IMG/VR virus record: IMGVR_UViG_3300017832_000054
Location: 1 to 42,755 of that record
Length of the DNA stretch: 42,755 bases
Strand: one strand, 5' to 3'
From: a virus
Taxonomy: Duplodnaviria > Caudoviricetes
The position numbers and the translations under genes were made by a program. The notes under the pieces were generated by a model. It worked only from the letters and a program-made list of their open reading frames with translations, had not been told where the DNA came from and ran no database searches. Positions 26,819-36,866 of the stretch are shown here, piece by piece; the stretch's first letter is position 1, and each line of letters opens with the position of its first letter.

Positions 26819-27366
26819 TTGAGCTTACGCTGGAGCAAATGGAAAGGGCGGAAAGGGTGCTGGCGAAGGTCCCGGGGGCGGCTCCCCGAGCTATGGCGAA
26901 CGCCATCAACCGGGCCGCAGAAACGGCCAGGACCGAGGCGGCCCGGAAGGTGCGCGAGACGTATTACGTGCGGCACCAAGATGTCATCCAAACAATCAAG
27001 ATCTATAAGGCGACCCCCAGCGATCTCCACGCCATTGTGATATCAAGGGGGCACCTCTTTCCGCTCACCAAGTTTCGGGTCACTCCGAGGCAGCCCCAGC
27101 CCCGGCGCAAGAGGCCGATTGTGGTGCGCGTGAAGAGGGGCGCCGGCGGTACGGTGGAGAAGGCTTTTGTCGCTCGTATGCCCTCCGGCCACCTTGGGGT
27201 CTTCCACCGGGCGGGGAAGCCGAGACTGCCCATCATTGAACGCTTCGGTCCGTCGGTGCCTCAGATGCTGGAGTCCGAGGACGTGCGGAGATGGGTCGAG
27301 GAAAAAGCGGCGGAACGCCTGGATGATCGCCTGGAGCATGAGATCCGACGTTTCCTGAAGGACTGA
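26815..27366 (+). CDS. Minor tail / tail completion protein (gpZ-like)
   Basis: AMANAINRAA, AFVARMPSGHLGVF and FGPSVPQM. Confidence 0.8.
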   Translation: MIELTLEQMERAERVLAKVPGAAPRAMANAINRAAETARTEAARKVRETYYVRHQDVIQTIKIYKATPSDLHAIVISRGHLFPLTKFRVTPRQPQPRRKRPIVVRVKRGAGGTVEKAFVARMPSGHLGVFHRAGKPRLPIIERFGPSVPQMLESEDVRRWVEEKAAERLDDRLEHEIRRFLKD

Positions 27367-27379
27367 TGGAGGAAGAGCC

Positions 27380-27874
27380 ATGACGCCGATTGTTTTGGTG
27401 GATGAGTTGGTTAAGTTCATTCGGCAGGTCGTTAAGGAGTTTGTGCTCAACTCCAACGTCACCGGAATCAAGAAGGAGCCGCAGGTGATCGGCGGCTATC
27501 TAGGGGAAAAGAAACCCGGCCAGGACCAAAATCCGCCGGATTACCCCTATGTCGTGGTTAGGTACCTAGAGGATGAAGACAACGGGCAGCAAGACACCGC
27601 CATCGTGCGTATAATCGCCGGAACCTACAGCGAGGAAGCGGCGGACGGCTGGCGTGATGCGTTGAATGTGCTGACCCGGATCAAGCATGCCCTGCTGAAG
27701 CAGAAGTTTTTCGGTCCCTTTAAGGTGGAGTATCCGGTGAAAATGGAACTCCCCGAAGAACAACCATTCCCGGAATGGGTGGCTTTAATGACCGTCAACG
27801 TGGTCATTCCAAGAACCGAGGAAGAGGGAGGCTATCTCGAAGATGTCTTCGCGCAAGGCCAAACCGGAAGTTGA
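27380..27874 (+). CDS. Tail terminator-like protein
   Basis: DYPYVVVR, GWRDALNV and EQPFPEW; synteny before the sheath. Confidence 0.65.
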   Translation: MTPIVLVDELVKFIRQVVKEFVLNSNVTGIKKEPQVIGGYLGEKKPGQDQNPPDYPYVVVRYLEDEDNGQQDTAIVRIIAGTYSEEAADGWRDALNVLTRIKHALLKQKFFGPFKVEYPVKMELPEEQPFPEWVALMTVNVVIPRTEEEGGYLEDVFAQGQTGS

Positions 27875-28124
27875 AAAAGCCGCAGAGCAACTCGTCTACT
27901 GCGGACCAAATTTTCCCAACGGGCAATTACTGCAATTCACCGTGTTTCGCGGTGGAGTGCCTGATTACTTGTCGCCGCACATCGAAAAGTGCCCGGCGAT
28001 TCGCCGTCTTTTAGTGCCGGTCGAAGACCTCACGAAGACGGTTGTGGCGATTGGAAAGGGCGGAACAGCAGAAAGTGTATGGTTCAACCAAGTTGAGAAT
28101 TACCTGAAAGGGGGCGGTAAGTGA
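27843..28124 (+). CDS. Small conserved protein preceding the sheath
   Basis: RBS GGGAGG; LVYCGPN..FRGGVP. Confidence 0.7.
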   Translation: MSSRKAKPEVEKAAEQLVYCGPNFPNGQLLQFTVFRGGVPDYLSPHIEKCPAIRRLLVPVEDLTKTVVAIGKGGTAESVWFNQVENYLKGGGK

Positions 28125-29578
28125 TGGCCTACAGGCACGGGGTTTATACTACCGAGGTTCCCACATCCGTTTCTCCGCCGGTGGAGGCGTCATCTGGGCT
28201 TCCTGTCGTGGTCGGTCCGGCTCCTATCCATCTGGCGGAAAATCAGGGGTACGTGAGTAAGCCGGCGTTGGTCTTTCCCTTCGAAGAGGCTGTCCGTATG
28301 CTGGGCTTTTCCCGGGACTGGAAGAGCTTCACTCTGTGCGAGTTTATGAAATCCCACTTTCAGTTGTTCGCGGTTGCTCCGGTGGTGTTTATTAATGTGC
28401 TCGATCCGTCCAAGCACAAAACCAGCGTGACGGCGGAATCGGTCACGTTGGATTCCGGAGGCCAGGCAACCCTGCAACAGAAAGGGGTTTTGCTGTCCAC
28501 CGTAGTCGTAAAATCCAGCGATGGGCAGACCACTTATCAACGGGATGTCGATTACACCCTCGCTTTTGATGACGAGGAGCGGGCCGTGATCACCAGGCTG
28601 CCTTCCGGCAACATCCCGGCGGGAGCCACTCTCAGCGTGGACTATGACCACTTGAACCCGTCGGCGGTGACGGCCAACGACATCATCGGGGGAGTGGACG
28701 GTACGACCGGGAAGGTGACCGGCCTGGAACTGGTCAACCAAGTCTTCCCCTTGTTCCGCCTGGTCCCTGGGCAGATTCTGGCCCCCGGCTGGAGTCACAA
28801 TCCGACGGTGGCCGCCGTGATGACCGTCAAGGCCTCCAACATCAACGGCGTCTTCAAAGCTATGGCCATCACGGACGTGGATGACTCCGAAGCCGACCTC
28901 TACACAAAGGTCCCGAGTTGGAAAAACGACAAGAATTACACCAGCGCCTATCAGGTGGTCTGCTGGCCGAAGGTACAGCTTGGGGATGAGGTCTATCATC
29001 TCTCCACCCAGTTTGCCGGCGTGACCTGCCGCACCGACAGCGAGAACGACGACATTCCGTTCGTCAGTCCCTCGAACAAGAGCCTGCAAGCAAATGGCGC
29101 CGTCATCGAAGGAGGGGAGGAAGTCTCTCTTGGCCCCGATCAGGCGGCGTACCTGAATGGGGAAGGCGTTGTCACGGCGCTGAATTTCATCGGCGGTTGG
29201 AAGCTGTGGGGCAATCGGACCGGTGCTTATCCGGCGAGCACGGATGTGAAGGACACCTTTATCCCGGTGCGGAGAATGTTCAACTGGGTGTCGAACACTA
29301 TCATCCTCACTTTTTGGCAGAACGTGGATGATCCCACCAATCGCCGGCTTATTGATACGGTGGTGGACAGCCTGAACATCTGGTTGAACGGTTTGACCGC
29401 CAGAGGAGCCCTGCTGGGCGGGCAGGTGGAGTTTCGAGCGGCGGACAACCCGGAGACCGACTTGCTCAGCGGTGTGGTCAGGTTCCATGTACGATTGACA
29501 CCACCGGTACCAGCGGAGGCCCTGGAGTTTAAGCTCGAATTCGACGTGAACAACCTCAGCGCATTGTTCGCGGCTTAA
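28124..29578 (+). CDS. Contractile tail sheath protein
   Basis: YRHGVYTTEVPTS, ILAPGWS, SPSNK, AYLNGEGVVTA, WGNRT and FIPVRRM. Confidence 0.94.
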   Translation: MAYRHGVYTTEVPTSVSPPVEASSGLPVVVGPAPIHLAENQGYVSKPALVFPFEEAVRMLGFSRDWKSFTLCEFMKSHFQLFAVAPVVFINVLDPSKHKTSVTAESVTLDSGGQATLQQKGVLLSTVVVKSSDGQTTYQRDVDYTLAFDDEERAVITRLPSGNIPAGATLSVDYDHLNPSAVTANDIIGGVDGTTGKVTGLELVNQVFPLFRLVPGQILAPGWSHNPTVAAVMTVKASNINGVFKAMAITDVDDSEADLYTKVPSWKNDKNYTSAYQVVCWPKVQLGDEVYHLSTQFAGVTCRTDSENDDIPFVSPSNKSLQANGAVIEGGEEVSLGPDQAAYLNGEGVVTALNFIGGWKLWGNRTGAYPASTDVKDTFIPVRRMFNWVSNTIILTFWQNVDDPTNRRLIDTVVDSLNIWLNGLTARGALLGGQVEFRAADNPETDLLSGVVRFHVRLTPPVPAEALEFKLEFDVNNLSALFAA

Positions 29579-29596
29579 TAGGTGGAGGTGATCAGA

Positions 29597-30124
29597 GTGG
29601 CAGTAAATACGGTCCCTGAACGGCTGACGGCTTTTCGTGCGTACCTGGACGGCAGCACCGACCTAAAGGGAGTGGCCGATGTCACTCTTCCGTCTTTCGA
29701 GGCCATGACGGAAACGGTGTCCGGCGCCGGAATTGCGGGGGAGTATGAGTCCCCCACACTGGGCCATTTCGGCAGCATGACGGTGAGCCTCACATGGCGC
29801 ACGGTGACGCGGGATCTCCTGCGCCTGCTTCGGCAGCGGTCCCAACGGCTGGAACTCAGGGGGGCTTATCAGGAGTACGATGCGGCCCAGGGGCAATACC
29901 GAATTCGGTCGGTCAGGATTGTGGTCCAGGGCATTCCGAAAACCATTGAGTTGGGGAGCCTGGAAACGGGGGCGAATTCGGACGGTACCACAGAGCTGGA
30001 GGTCCTTTACATCAAGATTGATGTTGACGGGCAGACCGTCACCGAAATCGACAAGCTCAACTACAAATGCGTTATCGACGGCGTGGACTACCTTAGCGAT
30101 GTCCGCCGGGCGTTGGGAATCTAG
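29597..30124 (+). CDS. Tail tube protein (P2 FII family)
   Basis: GVADVTLP, SGAGIAGE and EIDKLNYKCVIDGVDYLSDVRRALGI. Confidence 0.92.
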   Translation: MAVNTVPERLTAFRAYLDGSTDLKGVADVTLPSFEAMTETVSGAGIAGEYESPTLGHFGSMTVSLTWRTVTRDLLRLLRQRSQRLELRGAYQEYDAAQGQYRIRSVRIVVQGIPKTIELGSLETGANSDGTTELEVLYIKIDVDGQTVTEIDKLNYKCVIDGVDYLSDVRRALGI

Positions 30125-30135
30125 GGGTGGAAGTC

Positions 30136-30459
30136 ATGAAGAAGACAATACGTTTGGCTTCGCCGATTAAGAAAGACGATAAGGTCATCGACACCATTGT
30201 TTTGGATCTCGACAAGATCACGGGAGAGGACTTGATCAAAGCGGAACTGGAGGCCAGGGCGAAGGAACCCGGGATACCTCACAGCATCAATGCTAACTCC
30301 GCCATGATCCATGCTTGTGTGGCCTCGAAAGCGTCAGGTCTTCTTGTGGATGACATTCTGCGCTTGTCGGGGCCTGATTTTATGCGGGTGACAACCGAGG
30401 TTTCAAATTTTTTGTTCGGATGGGTATTGACAGAAGTGGATTCCGCAAAATCCGAGTAG
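30136..30459 (+). CDS. Tail assembly chaperone (P2 E-like)
   Basis: LDLDKITGEDLIKAE..DDILRLSGPDF; between tube and tape measure. Confidence 0.85.
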   Translation: MKKTIRLASPIKKDDKVIDTIVLDLDKITGEDLIKAELEARAKEPGIPHSINANSAMIHACVASKASGLLVDDILRLSGPDFMRVTTEVSNFLFGWVLTEVDSAKSE

Positions 30460-30584
30460 TTGCCCTGGCTCTGTCCCAAGCGACTTATTCATCGGTGGAG
30501 TACTGGATGCAGATGCCCCTAATCGAATGGGACGAGTGGTTTTTGGCTTTAGAAGAACTGCGGAAAGAGAAAGGGGGGAAATAG
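30405..30584 (+). other. Programmed -1 frameshift site (A AAT TTT TTG, 30405-30414) and extension giving an E+E'-type chaperone
   Basis: The -1 frame is open (FVRMGIDRSGFRKIRVVALALSQATYSSVEYWMQMPLIEWDEWFLALEELRKEKGGK*) up to TAG 30582-30584, which abuts the tape-measure start. Confidence 0.85.
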
Positions 30585-32720
30585 GTGGCAAGAAAGGTAT
30601 ACGAAATCAGCTTTCAGATCGCAGGCCGGCTGGCCAGCTCGTTCCGAGGGGCCTTTGCTTCCGCATCGACTCAATTATCAACGCTTGGGCAGCAGACCAA
30701 GCAGCTTAAAACGGGACTGCGGGAACTCGAGGCGCAGCACAAAAAAGGGGTTATTGCCGCCGACGCATACAAGGCGGCCCATCAGCGCCTGACACAGCAA
30801 CTCGAGAAGACGCAGCGCATCCAGGAGAGGCTCTCCCAATCCCAGCAAAGGCTGAACGAACTCCATTCCCGCAGTGCACAAATCCGGGGGCAGATCGTAG
30901 ACACGGCGGCGTTAGCCGCCCCTTTTGTCTATGCGGCGAAGGCGGCCATGGATTTTGAAACCGCAATGCTCGGGGTCGCCAAACAAGTCCAAGGGGCCCG
31001 GGATGAAAACGGGAACCTGACCTCCGTCTATTACGACATGCGGAAGCAAATCCAGCTGCTTGGCCGGGAGATCCCCATGGCGACGAATGAGATCGCCGCT
31101 ATGGTCGAGGCCGGCGCCCGCATGGACATCCCAAAGGAGCAGCTCATTGATTACGCCCGGGAAGTGGCGAAAATGGCGACTGCCTTTGAAATGGCCCCTG
31201 ACGTGATTGGTGAGCAGATGGGAAAAGTGGCCAAGGTCATGGGCATCCCCATTCCGGAGATCGGAGACCTGGCCGACACGATTAACTACCTGGACGACAA
31301 CGCCATTGCCAAAGGGGCCGACATCATTGAAGTGTTGCAGCGGGTTGGAGGTACGGCCAAGCAAGTGGGCCTGAGCGCTCACCAGACGGCGGCATTGGCC
31401 TCCACCTTCCTCACCCTGGGTAAATCGGCGGAAGTGGCCGCTACGGCGTCCAATGCCCTCATCCGTGAACTGACGATTGCCCAGATGCAGCCGGAGAGAT
31501 TCCAAGAGGGCCTGAAGGCGCTCGGGATGACTGCCGAAGAAGTCAACAAGGGCATGGTAACCGATGCCCAGGGCACGATCCTCAAGATTTTGGATGCAAT
31601 CAACAGTCTGGACAAGGCTCGTCAAACCGAGGTCACCACGTCGCTGTTTGGCAAGGAGTATGGGGACGACATCGCCGCTTTGGCGGGGGCTATCGACGAA
31701 TATAGACGACAGCTCGGCCTGCTCAATGACGAGCAAAGAAAAGGTTCCATGGACCGGGAGTTTCAGGCCAAGCTGCAGTCTACGGCTGCGCAAATGCAGC
31801 TCTTAAGAAATTCGGCGACGGAAGCTGCCGTTGCTTTTGGGGACATCTTTCTACCTAGATTGAACGCTGCGGCTCAAGGGATTGCCGTCGCCGCACAAGG
31901 AGCTGCCGAATTTGCCCAGAAATATCCAGGGGTTACAAACGCTATCTTAACCGGCATAGGGGGGTTAATTGCTGCCAGAATCGCCTGGCTAGCCCTGAAG
32001 TTCGTCTGGAATCAAGGAGCGCTTGCGGTGGAGGGGCTCAAAAAAGCCTATTTGAGATTAACGGCGCAGCAAACCATCGCGACGAACAAAACTGTAATGC
32101 AGACTGCCGTCACCAAGTCCCTTACGGTCGCACAACGGGCCCTGAATTTGGCCATGCGCATGAATCCCATCGGGATGGTGATTACGGCCATCGGTGGACT
32201 TATTGCGGTTGGTGTCTACTTGTATCAGAACATTGAAAGCGTGAGAAAAGCGGTTAACGGCTTGTGGGATGCTTTCAAGAGCGTCTTCCCGGGAGCTGCC
32301 GCCCTCGCGGAATCATTGGGACGGAAAATCGCCTGGCTGGTTGAAAAGTTCAGGGGCCTGAGTCGAGCGCAGCCAAGCGGGGAATTGACCCAACGACTGA
32401 GCCGGGCAAACATGATAATGCCGGCATATGCCAGAGGGGGTATCGTGACCAGGCCGCACGTCGGCATGGTGGGCGAGGAAGGGCCGGAGGCCATCATCCC
32501 ACTGGACAGGTCCCAAAGAGCTCTATCCCTTTGGCAGCGTGCGGGTGAAGCGCTCGGAGTGCGTGGTGGCGAAAACGTGACGTATAACATCACGTTTGCT
32601 CCGGTGATCAACGGCGCCGGCCCAGAAGTGATGGACGAGTTGAAGCGGCAGAAGGATGATTTTGTGGAGAAGTTTAAAGCCTTCGAACACCAACGGAGGA
32701 GGTTGGCATTCGATGGCTAG
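30585..32720 (+). CDS. Tail tape measure protein (TP901 core)
   Basis: AMDFETAMLGVAK, LADTINYLDDN, LFGKEY, NPIG and YARGGIVTRP..VGEEGPEAIIPL. Confidence 0.93.
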   Translation: MARKVYEISFQIAGRLASSFRGAFASASTQLSTLGQQTKQLKTGLRELEAQHKKGVIAADAYKAAHQRLTQQLEKTQRIQERLSQSQQRLNELHSRSAQIRGQIVDTAALAAPFVYAAKAAMDFETAMLGVAKQVQGARDENGNLTSVYYDMRKQIQLLGREIPMATNEIAAMVEAGARMDIPKEQLIDYAREVAKMATAFEMAPDVIGEQMGKVAKVMGIPIPEIGDLADTINYLDDNAIAKGADIIEVLQRVGGTAKQVGLSAHQTAALASTFLTLGKSAEVAATASNALIRELTIAQMQPERFQEGLKALGMTAEEVNKGMVTDAQGTILKILDAINSLDKARQTEVTTSLFGKEYGDDIAALAGAIDEYRRQLGLLNDEQRKGSMDREFQAKLQSTAAQMQLLRNSATEAAVAFGDIFLPRLNAAAQGIAVAAQGAAEFAQKYPGVTNAILTGIGGLIAARIAWLALKFVWNQGALAVEGLKKAYLRLTAQQTIATNKTVMQTAVTKSLTVAQRALNLAMRMNPIGMVITAIGGLIAVGVYLYQNIESVRKAVNGLWDAFKSVFPGAAALAESLGRKIAWLVEKFRGLSRAQPSGELTQRLSRANMIMPAYARGGIVTRPHVGMVGEEGPEAIIPLDRSQRALSLWQRAGEALGVRGGENVTYNITFAPVINGAGPEVMDELKRQKDDFVEKFKAFEHQRRRLAFDG

Positions 32721-32931
32721 GGAATATGTGACCGTCCAGGGGGATATGTGGGACAGCATTGCAAAGAAGACGCTCGGTAGCGAATACTACATGGACGTCC
32801 TGATGGAAGCCAACCCCGATTACCGGCAAATCGTGGTTTTCCCGGCCAACGTCAAGTTGGTTATTCCTGACGTGGAGACTGAAGAGACGCCCGACACGCT
32901 TCCTCCATGGAGGAGGGCGGAATCGTCGTGA
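32713..32931 (+). CDS. Tail protein X (P2 gpX, LysM-like)
   Basis: YVTVQGDMWDSIA..LMEANP..LPPWR. Confidence 0.9.
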   Translation: MAREYVTVQGDMWDSIAKKTLGSEYYMDVLMEANPDYRQIVVFPANVKLVIPDVETEETPDTLPPWRRAESS

Positions 32932-33944
32932 ATACCAGACGAGCGCGGCTCCAACTGATTTACGAGAACAAAGACATCACGCAGGACTTGCAGCAGTATT
33001 TGGTCGGTTGGACTTTCACCGACAATTTGAGCGGGCAGGCCGACGACTTGCAGATCACCCTGGAAGACAAAGGCCGACGTTGGATGGGACGGTGGATGCC
33101 GGAAGAGGGGGCGGTAATTCGCGCGAGGATCATCCGGCAGAACTGGGAGAAGGAGGGAAAATCCGACTCCCTGGACCTCGGGCAATTTGAAATCGACGAG
33201 ATTGAGTTCTCCGGCCCCCCTTCCACTGTGCAAATCAAGGCGCTGTCGGTCCCAAGTTCTTCCGCTCTCAAGGGGCAGCGGAAAAACCGGGCTTGGGAGA
33301 AGACGAGGCTATCCGTGGTGGCCAAGGACGTCGCCAGGGCTAACAGGCTGTCCCTTTTTTACGACACGGATGATGACCCGGAATATGACCGGGTGGACCA
33401 AACGGAAGAGACGGATCTTGAATTTCTTTCCCGGATGTGCAACGACGCCGGGTTGTGTCTGAAAATATCCGACGCGAGAATCGTAATCTTTGATGAGCAG
33501 AAGTATGAACAACGGCCCGTTATCGGAACGATCTCTCGCGGTGATGAAAACGTCATACAGTACAGCGGCAGAAGGACTCTCACCGGCGTTTATCGGGCCT
33601 GCCGGGTGGTCTATCACGACGAGAAGAAAGACCGCACCATCCGTCATACGTTTACCCCGCCAAACCCGCCGAAGACTGGGCGGATTCTGGTGGTGAATGA
33701 GCAAGTGGAAAGCATCAAGCAAGCGGAACGGCTTGCCAAGAAGAGGCTCCGCGAACGCAACAGGGAAGGTGTCACGTTTTCGTTGTCTCTGACGGGGAAC
33801 ATCCGGTATCTTGCGGGGCAGACCGTGCAGCTGGCCGGGTTTGGTTCCTGGGACGGCAAGTACATCATCACGCAGGCGACTCATGCGCAGCAGAACGGCT
33901 ACACGACGGGTCTTTCGCTGCGCAAATGTCTGGAGGGGTACTGA
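32928..33944 (+). CDS. Baseplate hub (P2 late control gpD family)
   Basis: TDNLSGQADDLQITLED, QTEETDLEFLSR and GFGSWDGKYII. Confidence 0.9.
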   Translation: MNTRRARLQLIYENKDITQDLQQYLVGWTFTDNLSGQADDLQITLEDKGRRWMGRWMPEEGAVIRARIIRQNWEKEGKSDSLDLGQFEIDEIEFSGPPSTVQIKALSVPSSSALKGQRKNRAWEKTRLSVVAKDVARANRLSLFYDTDDDPEYDRVDQTEETDLEFLSRMCNDAGLCLKISDARIVIFDEQKYEQRPVIGTISRGDENVIQYSGRRTLTGVYRACRVVYHDEKKDRTIRHTFTPPNPPKTGRILVVNEQVESIKQAERLAKKRLRERNREGVTFSLSLTGNIRYLAGQTVQLAGFGSWDGKYIITQATHAQQNGYTTGLSLRKCLEGY

Positions 33945-34465
33945 TGGACCCGATTCTGAAGAACTTGGTGCGTGTGGGCCGGGTTTCATCGGTAGACCCG
34001 GACAGGTGCATGGCGCGGGTGGCGTTTGAGGACAAGGACGAGGCCGTCTCACATGATTTGCCCGTTTTGGTTCGGGGGGCTTTGGCAGCTAAGGATTACT
34101 GGCTCCCGTCACCAGGGGAGCTGGTGGTGTGCCTCTATCTACCCTCGGGAAACTCTCGGGGATTTGTGCTGGGAAGCCTCTACTCGGAGGCCAACCCTCC
34201 ACCTGTTTCGAACGGAGACAAGCGGCACATCTCTTTCGTCGACGGAACTAGAATCGAGTATGACGCTGGAACCCATACCCTCATCATCGACGCAAAGGGC
34301 CCGGTGAATATCGTGGCCACTGGGAACGTGAATGTGACCGGGGACGTGCGAGTATCTGGCGATCTGAACGTCTCGGGTGACGTCGTGGCCGGAGACATCA
34401 GCTTGAAAACGCATGTGCACGGCGGCGTCATGGGCGGGAGCGGCACCACCGGCCCGCCCGAATAG
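33944..34465 (+). CDS. Baseplate spike (gpV)
   Basis: VRVGRVSSVD OB fold, beta-repeat NVNVTGDV, and SLKTHVHGGV metal-binding HxH tip. Confidence 0.92.
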   Translation: MDPILKNLVRVGRVSSVDPDRCMARVAFEDKDEAVSHDLPVLVRGALAAKDYWLPSPGELVVCLYLPSGNSRGFVLGSLYSEANPPPVSNGDKRHISFVDGTRIEYDAGTHTLIIDAKGPVNIVATGNVNVTGDVRVSGDLNVSGDVVAGDISLKTHVHGGVMGGSGTTGPPE

Positions 34466-34481
34466 TAAGGAGGGGGTAGCT

Positions 34482-34880
34482 GTGGGGCTCATCGGGAGTT
34501 TCGGCGAAGTGATTTTCGAGGTCTCGTCCGAGAGAATCCGCACGATCCATGACTTTTCCCGTTCGGCTTCGGCACGATGGGAAAATCACAACATCATTCT
34601 GCGCAAGCCCACGTCGGAATTCATTGGGCCGGAACTGGACACCATCAGCTTTTCGATGCGGTTTGACGCTGCCTGGGGCGTCAATCCAAAGGCGGAGATG
34701 GACAAACTTCTGATCATGTGCCGGGAGGGGCGAGCGGAGCCTCTCATCATAGGGGGGTTCGCGCTCGGTGTGTATCGATGGAAGATAACCTCCGTGCGCC
34801 AGAATTGGCTCCGGTTCGATGGCCGGGGGAGGGTGATCCTTGGGGTGGCAGATGTGACTATGGAGGAATATGCGAGGTGA
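34482..34880 (+). CDS. Tail tube initiator (P2 gpU-like)
   Basis: IGSFGEVIFEVS, EFIGPELD and VTMEEY. Confidence 0.85.
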   Translation: MGLIGSFGEVIFEVSSERIRTIHDFSRSASARWENHNIILRKPTSEFIGPELDTISFSMRFDAAWGVNPKAEMDKLLIMCREGRAEPLIIGGFALGVYRWKITSVRQNWLRFDGRGRVILGVADVTMEEYAR

Positions 34881-34886
34881 GGCGCC

Positions 34887-35210
34887 ATGGGTGAATACGT
34901 GGTGACCGATGAACTGAAACGGATCGACTTCGGGGCGACTGGAGTGGCAGAAGTTCTACAGAACGTCGCCTTTATTTTGGCCACTCCTATATTTTCGTGT
35001 CCTATGGACCGGGATTTCGGCTGGGAACCAGAACTGGACGCCCCAATCCAAATTGCCCAGGCGAGGATGGGGGCTCGTATCATCGAGGCGATTCAGCGGT
35101 ACGAGCCCCGGGCGCAGGTGGTGAGCGTCTCCTTTGAGGGGAACGGTTTGAACGGCAGATTAAGGCCAGTGGTGAGGGTAAGGGTGAGGGTGCAAGATGG
35201 CGAGGTTTAA
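34887..35210 (+). CDS. Baseplate wedge protein (gpW/gp25)
   Basis: QNVAFILATP..PMDRDFG..AIQRYEPRA. Confidence 0.9.
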   Translation: MGEYVVTDELKRIDFGATGVAEVLQNVAFILATPIFSCPMDRDFGWEPELDAPIQIAQARMGARIIEAIQRYEPRAQVVSVSFEGNGLNGRLRPVVRVRVRVQDGEV

Positions 35211-36309
35211 TCTACCGGATATCAATTTCGCGGAAAAGTCGCCGTTGCTAATTGAGTCGGAAATCCTGCAGCGATTTGAGCAGAACACCGGACGGCGGTT
35301 GTCGCCTGCCGATCCTCTCAGGAAATTTGTTCAAGTGATTGTTTCTGCCTTGGTGCAGCTGCGGGTCAACATCGACTTTGCGGCCAAACAGAACCTCCTG
35401 GCCTTTGCCATCGGGGACGCACTCGATGCGATTGGGGCGTCATACGAAACACCCAGACTTCCTGCTTCTCCTGCGGTCACAACGCTGAGATTTACGCTAT
35501 CTGCACCGTCGCAGCTCATCATCCCAGCCGGTACTCGGGCGACCGCTGGCGATGGGGTCTTTTTTGCTACGACTCAGAACGTAGTTGTGCCTGGTGGGGT
35601 GTCGTATATCGACGTTCCTGCAGAATGCACCCAGCCGGGGACTGTCGGTAATGGATACCTCCCGGGGCAGATCAACCAACTGGTGGACCCAATCCAATGG
35701 GTGCAATACGTTGAGAACATCACGGAAAGCCAGGGTGGGACGGATGTCGAGGACGACGACTCGTATGCCGAGCGCATCCGCCTGTCGCCCGAATCCTTTT
35801 CCGTGGCCGGCCCAACGGAAGCGTATCGCTATTGGGCCATGACGGCACATCCGAGCATTGTAGACGTATCTGTTCACAGCCCGGCTCCGATGATGGTGGA
35901 AATCCGGCCCCTACTGCAAGGAGGGGAACTCCCGGGGCAGGAGATCCTGGACGCGGTTTATGAGATGTGTAACGACCGTAGAAGGCGCCCCTTGACTGAC
36001 CAGGTGCAAGTTTTGGCGCCGGAAGTTGTCAATTATGATATTGACCTCACCTACTGGATCAGTACGGAAGACGCAAGCGTAGCGATTGAGATCCAAGAAA
36101 GAGTGAACCAAGCGATTCAGGAATACATCATCTGGCAGAAGTCGCGCCTGGGGCGGGCGATTGACCCTTCGGAACTTATCGCGCGAGTGAAGAATGCAGG
36201 AGCGAAGCGGGTTGTGGTTACCGAGCCTATCAATCAGCCTATTGAAAAGTACGAAGTGGCGATTGAGCAAGATGTGAATGTAGAGTTCGGGGGGTTGGAG
36301 GATGGTTGA
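35197..36309 (+). CDS. Baseplate protein J (gp47 family)
   Basis: KQNLLAFAIGDALD, IPAGTRAT, GGTDVEDD and FSVAGPTEAYRYWA. Confidence 0.93.
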   Translation: MARFNLPDINFAEKSPLLIESEILQRFEQNTGRRLSPADPLRKFVQVIVSALVQLRVNIDFAAKQNLLAFAIGDALDAIGASYETPRLPASPAVTTLRFTLSAPSQLIIPAGTRATAGDGVFFATTQNVVVPGGVSYIDVPAECTQPGTVGNGYLPGQINQLVDPIQWVQYVENITESQGGTDVEDDDSYAERIRLSPESFSVAGPTEAYRYWAMTAHPSIVDVSVHSPAPMMVEIRPLLQGGELPGQEILDAVYEMCNDRRRRPLTDQVQVLAPEVVNYDIDLTYWISTEDASVAIEIQERVNQAIQEYIIWQKSRLGRAIDPSELIARVKNAGAKRVVVTEPINQPIEKYEVAIEQDVNVEFGGLEDG

Positions 36310-36865
36310 TCTTTTCAATATTCGGCTGGAAGCTCTTCTCCCTGATTCCCTCCAGCAAGACCCTGACGTGGTGGCTTTGGCCAAAGCTATTACTCCCGAA
36401 TTGCAGGAGATTGCCCTTGCCATCGCCAACTGCGTGCTGATATCCCGCATCGACGAACTCTCCGGCCCTGTGCTGGACCTCTTGGCATGGCAATGGCATG
36501 TGGATTTTTACGAGATTACGCTCCCGATTGAACAAAAACGGGAGCTTGTCAAGAATGCCATCGCCTGGCACAAGCGCAAAGGCACCCCCTCGGCGGTGGA
36601 GGAATTGGTTCGGGTCACCTTTTTCAGCGGGGACGTGGTGGAATGGTGGGAATACGGCGGGAACCCAGGCTATTTTAAGGTCATCATCACGGACCCGTCG
36701 GCCACCAACGAGCGGGCGCAGGAGTTCATTGCGGCGGTCAATTCCGTCAAGCGGGCCAGTGCATGGCTTGAATCAATCGAAATAAAAAGCGTTGACGACA
36801 TGCCTTTGTACTTTGCCAACGTCCTGCACATGGGCGAATACATGACAGTGGAGCAGGTGGTGTGA
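36302..36865 (+). CDS. Tail protein I (P2 gpI)
   Basis: LDLLAWQWHVD, HKRKGTPSAVE and EWWEYGG. Confidence 0.92.
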   Translation: MVDLFNIRLEALLPDSLQQDPDVVALAKAITPELQEIALAIANCVLISRIDELSGPVLDLLAWQWHVDFYEITLPIEQKRELVKNAIAWHKRKGTPSAVEELVRVTFFSGDVVEWWEYGGNPGYFKVIITDPSATNERAQEFIAAVNSVKRASAWLESIEIKSVDDMPLYFANVLHMGEYMTVEQVV

Positions 36866-36866
36866 T

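Noticed and set aside
18604-34052. Long minus-strand ORFs (for example 21772-23304, 23160-24395, 24482-26110, 28190-29488, 30912-31793)
   Set aside because: They are antisense shadows of well-supported structural genes in GC-rich DNA, with no recognisable motifs
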